Positions 38,129-55,777 of a stretch of 64,000 bases of DNA are shown here, one piece after another; the first letter of the stretch is position 1, and every line of letters starts with the position of its first letter. This DNA comes from Amoebidium appalachense (taxonomy: Eukaryota; Protista; Ichthyosporea), in contig CAVNZM010000016.1 of assembly GCA_963693365.1 (NCBI GenBank), positions 1,369,038 to 1,433,037 on the forward strand, written 5' to 3'. The position numbers and the translations under genes were made by a program. The notes beneath the pieces are model-generated. The model saw only the letters and a program-made list of their open reading frames with translations, did not search any database and had not been told where the DNA came from.

Positions 38129-40001
38129 GGGGAACCCCAACTAATTGATTTCTCCTTGTAGTCTTTATGGTGTCTCGTAGAGAAAGTAAACCCTGATATA
38201 TAGTCACCACCCGACATCTATGTACGTGATCATGATATACCGCTGAGGGGATATTCCGAGCAAACCCCCCCCCCCCCATACCTGAGACTGGTTCTCTTTG
38301 CCTCGAGTAAACAGCGTAAACCCCCCATATATATATATATAATTTAAGGTTCTGGTTTAACTGAAACAATACATATACGCACACGCGTACGAGTTATTTG
38401 TTGAAACTCCGCAAGGTCCGAGGACTGAGGCAACGTGATAACCTAGCGAGAGCGAAGTGCTGTGCACCCGCGAATCACCTTTCGGCACACCAGTGTTATG
38501 AATAAAACGCTCATTTACAATTTTTTGGCTAACGTCTTTTCGACCAAAACAATGAGCCCAAACAACCAACACACAATTAATCAACAGCTTTGCACGCACA
38601 CTTGGACTCATTTTCGGGCACTTGCACAGGGCATCTTTATACGTAAAGCCTTCACGCAGCACACCAGCACGCAAAACAAATTTGGGCAGAGGGGCACACA
38701 AACGAAAAAATACACAAAAACAACTATCCTGTAAAAAAGAAAAAACACTCTTATGTCCGGACAAATTTCACGCTTCCAGCACACGCAAACACCTGGTTCA
38801 TAACTGCAACTTCTGTACGAAAGAATCACGGAAAACTGATTTCATCACGGCAATCAACTTAATGTAATCCACAAACACATGCACACACACCGTTGCATAC
38901 ACACACGCGCACATACACACAACAGGCACACAGGCGCCAACACAAGCGCAGACACGTACACCAACCCACACGTATACACACAAACACACATACACAAGCA
39001 CCCATACCGACACACTCTCTCACGCACGTTTGCGGACACACGCGCGCACACACTCAAGCATACATGTCACACGTGCGCGCGCTCGCTTGCAAGCACATCA
39101 GATGTGTACGTATTTGCCCGAAGCCAAGTTCTCTTACAAACACATAGGCAGACACACTCATGACCCATTGCATGCCAATCAACATCCTACAAAGAAAACA
39201 TGTGCGGTTGGCACTCACAAGCTTCATGTTTGAACAGCTGTAGCATGTTTATTTGGGACTTACCAGCTCCGCTGCTGCTTTTTGTGCTTCCGTTCATCGA
39301 TGTGATCAAGGACTTCTATATAACACATCCCCATAGGAGGACATGCATGGGTGTGGTGCATGTCCCGTGGATGTCCTTGGTATAACGTGCGCATGGCGCC
39401 CGTGGCCAACCCACGCATACAATCTTGTTTTTTGTTATTTGTGCCTGGACAATAAATACATTTCTACGTAATGTATCTCCGACTAGCAACCTACACGTAC
39501 ACCCGTACACCATCAACTTTCTTAAGACCCGAAGTCAAAACCCCCCCAGGCACTGCATGCACGGGCCCGGGCATATATTATTTCCTGAACCTCAAAGTAG
39601 CTGTGGACTCCTGAAATAGAGATTTTTATGAGCCCACTTTGCAGGTCTACCCGAGGTTGTATCGGCATTGTAACCTCTAGGCCAAGAACCGCCAGAACCT
39701 CGAAAGCTGGGCTCGGCGAGCTCAGTGGGCCCAGGCCAGCCAGGTCCGGCGCCTTGCATATGCACTGCCGTCGAAACTCAGCACTGGCAAATATTTTCCC
39801 GCCAAAATTTCTCGCCCAACGACACCATTGGCTGGAGGCTTTCAATGAAATTTCGAATCCCGAGCGCCCTCGCACCTTTTCACTCTTCCATGTTCCCTCC
39901 CGGCACCTGGTCACACTTGCGAGTTTAAGTAAATGTACACTTCTTGTTTCCCAAGTCTAAAGACTTAAACACTACGTATATAATATACACGTTTTCTCAA
40001 G

Positions 40002-45448
<5,447 letters not shown>

Positions 45449-45679
45449 GTAGGTCTCCATCCCCCCCCCCCCCCCCTTCCCCCCCCCCCTTCTCCCCCCC
45501 TTCTCCCCCTCCTTCCCACCCACCCACACCCACCCACCCTCCCTCCCCTCTCCCCATTCTTCCCTATGCATACACACACATCCACAGAAAACACAGACAT
45601 GCACACACGCCCGCACGCCCCCCCCCCCCCCCAAAAAAAAAAAAAAAAAAAAAAAAAAATAGACACTCCAACACCAACA

Positions 45680-45795
<116 letters not shown>

Positions 45796-46729
45796 CACAC
45801 ACACACGAACACGCACATGCACACGTACCCGTACATTCACACGTACACGCACACACATACGCACACGCACACAATCACACACGCACGCACACACACACAC
45901 ACACAGACAGACACACACGCACGCGCCACTCACCTGGCTTCTTCTGAATAGGTTGAAGCTCATATACTGTAGATTACTTTTAGCACATAGAATTCCATGT
46001 TCGGTTAGATTCCATAGTGTGTTGGTATCGGCATCTCCGTTATAGTGAGTTAGTGGGTGAGTTAGAAAGTGTGCTAGTGAGTTAATGAGTGTGTGTGTGT
46101 GTGTTCCACAGTGATTTAGTATGTAGTGAGTGTGGGAGTGGGAGTGACTATGTAAGTGAGTGTGTGAGTGTGTGTTTAAGCAATTCAGTGAGTTAGTGAA
46201 TGAGTGCGCGAGCGAGCGCGTAGTGAGTGTTGTGTCCCTGCCTCGTGTGGCGCGTGTCGAAGCGTATAGATCGATCGATTCATATCTGTTCGATTTATTG
46301 GTTTGTCATGTTTACATTTCGTCGGTGCAGCCTAATCCAATCATATGTATCCAATCGGATATGGCTGACTATGCGTACACTGTTCACGTTTCTGTTCCTT
46401 TGCCAACTTCCTTCTAAGTTCGGTTGGGTGGGACTTTCAAAAAAAATGTGGACTCTTCCGTCATGACTGGGACTCATGAATACTCATTTTAGAGTGGACG
46501 AATGATTAACAAGCAGGTTCACAATCGATGGGAGAGTCTGGTATTCGACGAGTCATATCGAGGATATCCAGCTATTGGTCATCGAACTAGCGGCTCAAAT
46601 CAGCAACTGCATGTGTGTAACAGAGGGTCGGCACTCCAGAAGATAATTCATAACCAAAGTCACAGACGGGAAAAGCACTGCTACCGCGGAGCCCGTTGCT
46701 GCATGAGCCATAAGTCGTGCAGCCATGTA

Positions 46730-46816
46730 CAGGGGTCACTCACTTTTAAGATAACAGGTAAATACGGTTTAGGTGCTTAAGTCTTAAGGTTGCCCGGCTG
46801 TAGGGTTCATTATCTT

Positions 46817-46862
<46 letters not shown>

Positions 46863-46945
46863 GCCAACCCGCCCGCCCCGCCCGCCCATCCCGGTTCTGT
46901 GGGTGCTTCTTCTGGGCTGCGAGAGTTTTTTTTTTTTTCCCTTTT

Positions 46946-46998
<53 letters not shown>

Positions 46999-47162
46999 TA
47001 CACACACCGCGCAACCGTGGCACGGAGACACGGAGACACCCACACACCCACATTGTGATACACACGTGCACACACACACCACACACACACAAACACACCC
47101 AGTGACAAACGAGCACAAAATCCAAATGAACACACAGACATCTGCACACATTTTCGCACAGC

Positions 47163-47201
<39 letters not shown>

Positions 47202-47480
47202 AAAAAAAAAAAAAAAACCACACTGCCCATAAAAAGGACCCACAGGACAGCTGGGGAAAGGGGGCTGGGGGGGGGGGGGGGGGAGGGGGGAGTGGTTGGG
47301 GGGAGACGCACACACACACGGTGCACAGTCACACGGACACACACACAAAACACACACACATTGTGACACACACACGTGCACACGCACACACACACCACAC
47401 ACACACAAACACACCCAGTGACAAACGAGCACAAAATCCAAATGAACGCACAGACATCTGCACACATTTTCGCACAGCCC

Positions 47481-47534
<54 letters not shown>

Positions 47535-47763
47535 ACCCACAGGACAGCTGGGGAAAGGGGCCGGGGGGGGGGGGGGGGGGGGGGGGGGAGACGCACACAC
47601 ACACGGTGCACAGTCACACGGACACACACACAAAACACACACACATTGTGACACACACACGTGCACACGCACACACACACCACACACACACAAACACACC
47701 CAGTGACAAACGAGCACAAAATCCAAATGAACGCACAGACATCTGCACACATTTTCGCACAGC

Positions 47764-47794
<31 letters not shown>

Positions 47795-47933
47795 AAAAAA
47801 AAAAAAAAAAAACCACACCGCCCATAAAAAGGACCTAGCCTCGGTACCCCTACATCTTAATTGTTTTCAAAAAATCTACTACTGCTTATAATATAGGTGA
47901 TATATATATTATCTTAATCCTGAATGACCCCTG
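46730..47933. mobile_element. Non-autonomous TIR DNA element (Tc1/mariner-type, TA target duplication)
   Basis: Left end TA|CAGGGGTCACTCACTTTTAAGATAA; right end reverse-complemented TA|CAGGGGTCATTCAGGATTAAGATAA (21/25 match); no transposase inside. Confidence 0.7.
47051..47835. repeat. ~290-305-bp tandem repeat, about 2.7 copies, inside the TIR element
   Basis: Units start at about 47051, 47357 and 47642 and share cccagtgacaaacgagcacaaaatccaaatgaac...ttttcgcacag; their C/A/G runs differ in length. Confidence 0.92.
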
Positions 47934-48405
47934 TATATGTGATGTATGTGTTTTAGAACCTGCAGGAGGTAAGTTCACACGAAGTTACTAATACTAGCCC
48001 TGTTTCAATCTGTAATATGATTGGTCGCCAGCATCGGCCTCTGATCCTTGAGTAACCCAGTTTACTCTTTACACATACACATTACACTGAAGTGTCCGTG
48101 AGGATACTTAACAGTGAGCGAGTGAGTGAGTGAGTAAGTTAGTGAGCGAGTGAGTGAGTGGGTGGGTGAGAGAGGGACGGAGGGAGCGAGTGATTGAGTG
48201 AGTGAATGGGCGAATATTAATGAGTAAGTGAGGTGAGTGCATGTTCAAGAGAGAGAGAGGGGGGGGGGGGGGGGGGGGGGGATTAGTGTGTGTGTCTGTG
48301 TGTGTAGATTTGTGCGAATGTGGGTACGTGCTTGTGTGCATGGGTACAAGCGCCCGTGGCATGCATGTGGGTAAGTCCTTGAAGGGTAGAAGGTTGGGGA
48401 TAGAT

Positions 48406-48448
<43 letters not shown>

Positions 48449-49132
48449 AAGGGGACTGTGAGGAGGGAGGCGAGGGGAACCCTAAGAAGTCAATGAGAGG
48501 TTCGTGAGGCATGCATACGGAGACTGGGTGGACGGGGATGTGTTGGAGGTTTCCGAGAGGGCCCAGGGGAGGGGGAGATGGGGTTGAATGAGTTACAGCA
48601 TAAAAGGCACACATTCTCGACGTGCGACACAACGCACAAGTTGCAGGAGTTGCAGAGCACACACAAAGACCATGCATCGTAAGCAGAGCCCGGGGGGGGG
48701 GGAGGGGGGGGGGGGGGGGTTCCGAAATGACGTTTCAGAATCAAAGAATTTGAAGAGCGACTAAAGGATAGGGATGGGTGGGCTTGGCTTGTGTTTGGGT
48801 ATTGAAGAGGCGTAAAGGGCATCCAGAAAAAAGAAGGGTGAGGGATGGGGAAATACTAAGACTGTAAAAGGGCATCCAGAAAAAAAAAGGGGGGAGGGGA
48901 AGAGGGTGTGTGTGTGTGTGTTGGGGGGGGGGGGGGGGGGGGGGGGGGATAATTCTAGAGCAACACATGGGACAGGGGTTTCCTGTTGCGTAACATCGAG
49001 GTGTTCTAAATGAAACCGGGCATCATCAAGACATGGATGCAACCTCAGACAGCAATTTCTTGTGTTGTGGTTGTGGTGTGTGCTGCGCATGCGTGCTGCG
49101 TGCTGCGTGCTGTGTGCTCTGTGTGTGTGCTC

Positions 49133-49178
<46 letters not shown>

Positions 49179-49834
49179 GGCTTTATGTAGCCGCACAGCC
49201 TTAAAATTTTGCAGTCACACAGCTTCCTTCAGTACCCACAGCCTTTGCAGTCGCACCGTGCCTATATTCCAAGGCTGGGGCTCAACTGGCATATTATCAA
49301 TATATATAATGCGTTGTTTGCCGGACCTCAAATCCGGAATTTGGAGGGGACCTAAGGCCATTTTGTGAGGCATCAAAAACCATCGAAACGTTGCTTAGTT
49401 GTTTTTATGACATCAAAATCGCTAAATATTCTTGCGATACTAATGAAAAAGCCTAAAATAACTATATATTTGATAATGAGAAAATTGAAATATAGTGCCC
49501 TAAAGTTGGGCCCGAGAGGATGTACGTACTCGGGGCTTTGAAATAAAAAGAAAACAACCAGCGGTTTCGGAGTCTACTGTGAACATGCTGGGCTGAATGA
49601 CGGCAGAGGTCAGGTGATTCCCGTATCAAAACGGTTTTTGTTTCTAACCCAGAATGGAACGCACTTTTTTTAGAGAAATTCGGCGACATTTGTTTTACAA
49701 AGTACTATATCATTGGTACAACGACATTTTGAAAATTTTAATGTAATAGAACTACCAATCCAATCACAAAAACCTCAAAGGTCTGCTAACACCGGTTTAG
49801 GGGGACACGGGGATGAGGACGGCAAATTCTATAT

Positions 49835-49893
<59 letters not shown>

Positions 49894-50551
49894 GGCCTGT
49901 GGCACACACACACACACACACACAAACACATGTACATTTTAATGTTTTAATAGCTATAGGCAGACAGTTGTTGAAAAAAAAATAGAGTAAGAAACACAAC
50001 TAAATCAACTCAGTAATGTGAATATGACATTTAGGGCGAGTGTACTAGAAGGGTTTGTGGCTGATAATGATTATTTATTTACACTAGAGCTAGGGTGATT
50101 CTGGGCGGTGGTCATTGGTAATTGTTTTGTTATTTGTTTTTTGTCCACATGTACACACAAAGTAATAATCGAATAGAATACAAAAACAACTAAGACGACA
50201 AAAACGCATACAACCTTCACTTGGCCCACACACACACATTCACACACACACAAACATTTACACACACACACACACACATAGACGTTGAACACAATGAAAG
50301 GAAATATATCTAGAAGTCGTCTATTTGCTACCACACTTTTATTTTGGGTTATATGTGGCCGGCGTTTCTACCCGGAGTATTGTTATGCCCGTCAGATTCA
50401 CCAACATGAACTGTTAGTGCCACGGATAACACTTTACAGTTACAACGCCAAGTTACGTGTAGCAGCAAGATGCATTTATTTCTACCCGTACGCAAAAAAA
50501 AGGGCGGGGGGGGGGGGGGGGGGAGGGGGGAAGCGTGAGGGGAATGGCCAG

Positions 50552-50607
<56 letters not shown>

Positions 50608-50655
50608 GGGGGGAGGGAGGTAACAACCACACAACCCAACATCAATAACTGTCTC

Positions 50656-50712
50656 GTTATGTTTTGGCGCCGGCGACAGCCGTTATGTTTTGGCGCCGGC
50701 GACAGCCGGCGC
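50656..50712. repeat. 26-bp tandem duplication
   Basis: gttatgttttggcgccggcgacagcc twice. Confidence 0.85.
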
Positions 50713-50884
50713 ACAGACCTACTTGTATTGTTTAAAAAAAAAAAGGCTACAGCCTTGCACGTGTATGCATATCACAATACCTTCCAAGTTATAATATGAC
50801 CTAATAAACTTTAGAAAATCAATTTGACCAACCCTGCAGGCCCTGGACTTTGGATGATCAGTTCAGCACTATCCCGAATCCTGA

Positions 50885-51598
50885 GATCTTGTAAGCAGCA
50901 GTAAAGATGTCAAGAAGGAGACGATTGGATCGACTGGCTCTTATGAGATGGAATGGTTAAAGAAGCAGATCTTGTAAGCAGCAGTAAAGATAGTATAAAT
51001 GTAAAGATGTTAAGAAGGAGACGATTGGATCAACTGGAAGGAGACGATTGGATCGACTGGAAGGAGGCGATTGGATCGACTGGATCCTATGAGATGGAAT
51101 TAACTTGGTAGTACAAAGGAACAAGAAAAGATAAGAAGGAGACGATTGGATCGACTGGAAGGAGACGATTGGATCGACTGGAAGGAGACGATTGGATCGA
51201 CTGGATCCTATGAGATGGAATTAACCTGGTGAAATTGTAAATTGGAAATTTAGGATGTTGTAGGGCCCTCTCCTGAGGGCCACACATGTCAGTTGTAAAT
51301 TTTAATTTTCATAATTTTTAATTTTCATGTTAGTTGTAAATTGAAATTGTAAATTGGAATTGTAAATTGGAATATTAGGATGAGGATGAAATTGGAATTT
51401 TAGGATGAGGATGTTAGTAGGGTACTTCAGGGCCCTAGAGGGCCCCTAAGGGCCCTGAGGGCCACGGTTACCTTCCACTCCTAACATGAAATTTAAAATT
51501 ACCTCCTAACATAAATTGTAAATTGGAATTTTAGGATGATGATGTTAGTAGGGTACTTCAGGGCCCTAGAGGCCCCCCCCCCCCCCCTAAGGGCCCTG
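50885..51598. repeat. Array of 23-bp direct repeats followed by AT-rich repeats and GGGCCC palindromes
   Basis: AAGGAGACGATTGGATCGACTGG x7 in blocks of 1+3+3, each block followed by a tatgagatggaat motif; then repeated ttgtaaattggaat/taggatg and hairpins at 51427-51458 and 51559-51598. Confidence 0.85.
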
Positions 51599-52475
51599 TT
51601 TACTTATTATATTGTTATTATTGATTAGAATTTCATCCATGATTAACATGAGAAAAGGAGGGACCACCTTTTGTGTATGCAAATATTCTTGCAGCAATCA
51701 TGTTAAATATAGATGTATTTTATATCTGTTCTTTAGTTTCAATGATTATAAGAGCCATCGCTGCCTTAAATCAATCTTATATCAAACGTCTTCTTGCATG
51801 TCCTACTATCAACTAACCGATGAGACAGAGTATGGAGAATTCCCTTTTCAACGTCAGTATAGATGTTACTGTGACGTAGATATACATCGAGTCACCACAG
51901 ACACGGAAGCCCCCCAGATCAATAAACATCACGATGTAAATGGGGCTTCCGGGACTTGGCGTCCTCAGTCTTTTCCTTGTCCAAAACATATTTCTTGTCA
52001 ACGAAAGCTGTGACCATCCGTCCCCAATCCGACTTTCATCCGTGTTCAAATTCATATTCCCATCACAATTCGATGTCGCATGGTAGCAAAAGAGGAAGGT
52101 CTCCCTCGGGGGTAACAAGGTACACACGCTTCCACACGCGCGCTCTGCTAGCATGCTACGAAAGCTCATTTTTACGGACGGATGGTCACAGCAGTCCACG
52201 GATAACTACGGATACACGAGGATGCATTTGCTTACTTATTCGGACGTCGCCCCGCAATGAGGCCATTTTTTTGAACAGCCATATCATTTTTTCTTATTGT
52301 AGCACACACAACTCGGTTTTCGCACCAGCCCATTTCTCATGAGCGCATCATCTTTTCCCATTTTCCACACACGACCACAGTGATCGGCAAGTTTTAGTCC
52401 TGATACTTTGTGCGTATAAGCAAAGCACGAGAAACGCCACCCCCGTGTGCTGCTAATCCCGCATAATGGGTGCCG

Positions 52476-54396
52476 TGTTGTAATACGTAGTATTTACATA
52501 TGGTAAGATCTTCTCAGTTTGTGTTATGTTTCAGTTCATATGCTTACGAAAGGAAGGCATCCTTGTACCCTGATTTGATTGGCCAGATCCTGGATCAATA
52601 AGTTGAAATAAACACGGCCGTATGTCCGTGCAATGTACTCTGATCATGTCTTATAACCACGTGTCTGGAGACCATGGGAAGCTCCCATGAGCCATCTATC
52701 TTACCAGAGGCATGTAAAAGATTACGAAGTTCTATTCCCGTAATTAGTGTAACACATATTTGCTAACATATTACGTCTTAAACAATGAACATATGTATAC
52801 GCGTGCACCTGTACGCGAAAGGCAATCTAATTTATGGAATGTTGTGAATGAGTGTGAGCGAATGAACAATCAATAGACTTAGCTATATATGGCGAAAAGC
52901 CATGAGCCAAGAGCCACGAGCCGCCGGCGAAAGATTGCCATGAGGCTTGTACTTATATTCTTACAGAGAGATGAAATCAATTAACAGAAGTGTGTAAATA
53001 ATTAACAATGATATAAGGCTGATATATATCTGTCATTCTAGAGAAATATGTAGTAACTTGTAATGTAAATATGCCCTGTACGTACTGTCTCTATATGATA
53101 AGTAGCTGTGAGCCGGATCCACTCATAAGGTCTTATAGGATGACATCATAGTGAGCAAAGAATAGATCGAATAGATTGATTGGTTAGATCTGTAGCCGCG
53201 CACTTTGTACATAGATGTCGGAACTCTTTTAACATGATATTTAGTGTAGCCAAGAGCGCTAGAAAGTATAAAAGGTAGTTAGAATTCATTAGTTAGAAAG
53301 GGTCTTTCCCCTTCTTAGCACATGGTCACAACTAAGGGAAATAACACGAATAGAATAGGCATTGCTTGTCTATGGTCATCACTATTGCCTGTAGGCCATC
53401 GTATTGATACAGTCACGTACAGTTCCCTCGTCACATCTACATTACGGCCAGGTTGCCACAGCTTATGAGCATCAATAAACGTCCAAGTATTCATAAATTG
53501 CCATACTTAGTGTGTAACAGACCGCCGTCCTCAACGCTTAGTGTAAATGCCACACTCCTATTATGTAAAGTGTAGCATCGATCTCCGATATGCTTGTATA
53601 CTTGTAATCGTGTTGTATCGGCTTTAATCGTGTGTTGTAATATCGATTAGAATATTTATATGTGTGTACACGGATCCACCCACTCAGGGAGAGACGTGTA
53701 CATGTTCGTGTGTACATAAATATCTCTGGTTATAGTTATGCTATTACTATCTTGTTTGTTGATCTGTGCTCTCTTTTCCTTTCTCTTTCTCCTTCCTTAT
53801 TTTCTTTTCTTTCTCTCCTTGTCTTCATGTGTATAATCGTATTTCTTTTCTACTAATATATGTTAGGTAGATTTGTGTTACTTAATACGTGTTCATTGGA
53901 CGGTAACACACTTAGGCTACACTTAGAATAGCATGTGTGTTTAGACTTCATTAATTTACTTTAGTTTCCATGTGTTGCCGGGCTTTAACCAATCATCAAG
54001 GTTAAGTGTGATATGTCTGAGTCTTTGCAGTATGTCATAGGTTAGAACTTCCTTGATGATGACACGAGTTGACCTTAACTAGTGTCTGTGTCCTATCGTG
54101 TACGTCTCCGCGTACCGGATCTCTCTGAAAGCAATTGGTTCTTAGTGATTGGTTTCTATTAGAGATAGATCTGATTTCCGACTGGTCGGAATTCATGTAT
54201 GGATTGGACTTAGAGGAATTTCAGGTATTTATTCGAAGATCAGAATAAATTCAGTCCAGTCGTGTCTAAACATTGATGTCTGTTGTGTACACTGCTCCGA
54301 TCGTTCCGTGTTTTGTTGTTGTGTGTGTCTGTGGACCGTTTTCACACTGCACCACTGTGTCTCTGCTTACATCCCAAATACTTATATAATTTAACA
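52476..54396 (+). mobile_element. Solo LTR, long (1921-bp) variant of copia family A, TSD TGCCG
   Basis: TGTTGTAATACG...AATTTAACA flanked by TGCCG at 52471-52475 and 54397-54401; both ends match the family A LTR, with about 1 kb extra at 52569-53564. Confidence 0.88.
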
Positions 54397-54414
54397 TGCC
54401 GGCCAGACACTAAG

Positions 54415-55405
54415 TGTTAAATTGTATAAGTATTTGGGATGCGCAGTGGAAGCGTGCTGGGCCCATAACCTGTTAAATTGTATAAGTATTTGGGATGTAA
54501 GCAGAGACACAGTGGTGCAGTGTGAAAACACCACAGACACACACAACAACAAAACACGGAAGGATCGGAGAAGTGTACACAACAGACATCAATGTTTAGA
54601 CACGACTGAACTCAATTTATTTTGATCGCTAATAAATACCTGAAATTCCCTTAAGTTAAATCCATACATGATTTCCGACCAGTCGGAAATCAGATCTATG
54701 TCTAAAATAACCAATCACAATTAACTGATTATTTCCCGGATAGATCCGGAGACGCGGGAACACACACCATAGGTCACAGCTATAAGAAAGAAAAGAGGTG
54801 AAGAGTAACGAGGAAAGAGGTGGTGTTTCTAACCTATCATCGGCTACAAAGACTCAGACATTTTCTGACTAAGTCCACTGATTGGATATAGTACGGCAAC
54901 ACACAAAACAAAAGTGGTTGACTAAGCTATGAATCATACCTGACAAGCTAAAGTGTAACCTAAGTGTTTTTTCTACCAATCAAAACATAACGAGTAATAT
55001 AAATCTACTCAACGTATATTAGTGAGAGAGAAATATAATTATGTGAAAGGAAACAAGAGAAGAAAGAAAGAGAAAAGAAAGAAGAAGAAAGAGGAAAAAG
55101 AAAAGAAAGCAGGACAGAAAACACGAACAGCAAAACACAGTTATAACCGAAGATATTCATGTACACATAACATGTACACGTGTCTCCCTCACTGGGTAGA
55201 CTCGTGTACCTATAATCAGTTGCTGTAATCGATATCTAAACACACGAATATAGCCGACACAACACGATTACAAGTACTCAAATACACTGGAGATCGATGT
55301 CATAGTTTACGTACAAGGAGCACATCTTTTTCACTAAGTAAATGAATGAAAACATAACACGAACTGAGAAGATCTTACAATATGTAAATACTACGTATTA
55401 CAACA
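54415..55405 (-). mobile_element. Aberrant copia family A insertion: full LTR + 30-nt tRNAiMet copy + duplicated 26-bp LTR terminus, TSD CTAAG
   Basis: LTR 54471-55405; tRNA segment 54441-54470; terminus duplicate 54415-54440; CTAAG at 54410-54414 and 55406-55410; the empty site is visible at 59156-59160. Confidence 0.92.
54441..54470 (+). other. Fragment of initiator tRNA-Met (10th to 39th nucleotide); not a tRNA gene
   Basis: GCGCAGTGGAAGCGTGCTGGGCCCATAACC is the D-arm plus anticodon arm of eukaryotic tRNAiMet (anticodon CAT); acceptor stem and T-arm are absent. Confidence 0.92.
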
Positions 55406-55777
55406 CTAAGCCCAGCACACGTTTGCCGGAGGTTGTGAGTCTCGGACTTTGCTTGTGCCCACACGGTGGTTAAGATCACTACCTGACGAACACTAGAGTC
55501 GTGTGTTTTCCTTCAGTCTGAACAGCAATGGTTTGCGCAATCTACGTGTATGTACCCAATCACGTTATATTTCAACATGTATATCCGAAAGATCTATGTC
55601 TGCTTCTCGCTCTTGCTCGCCTCTGCTTACATGTTTTGCTTTTATGTTTTGTACCCACGTGAGGTCATCCTCAGAGGCACTGCAGCCCGCCCACGTGTGG
55701 TTAGGGGATGGCTTGGAGGTTTGCCTGTCCCTGACATATACACTGTGACGCCCCCCCCCTACCCCTAGTATGCATCC

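Noticed and set aside
46580-46735. Minus-strand Cys-rich (furin/EGF-like) exon PVHGCTTYGSCS...CDFGY
   Set aside because: Its start lies in the TIR element end, it soon hits stops, and it has no supporting splice sites; probably chance.
50914-51204. 23-bp repeats as a CRISPR array
   Set aside because: Most copies are directly adjacent with no unique spacers, no cas genes are present, and the context is eukaryotic.
54441-54470. A tRNA-Met gene
   Set aside because: Only 30 nt; it lacks the acceptor stem, T-arm/B-box and terminator, and lies inside an LTR insertion.
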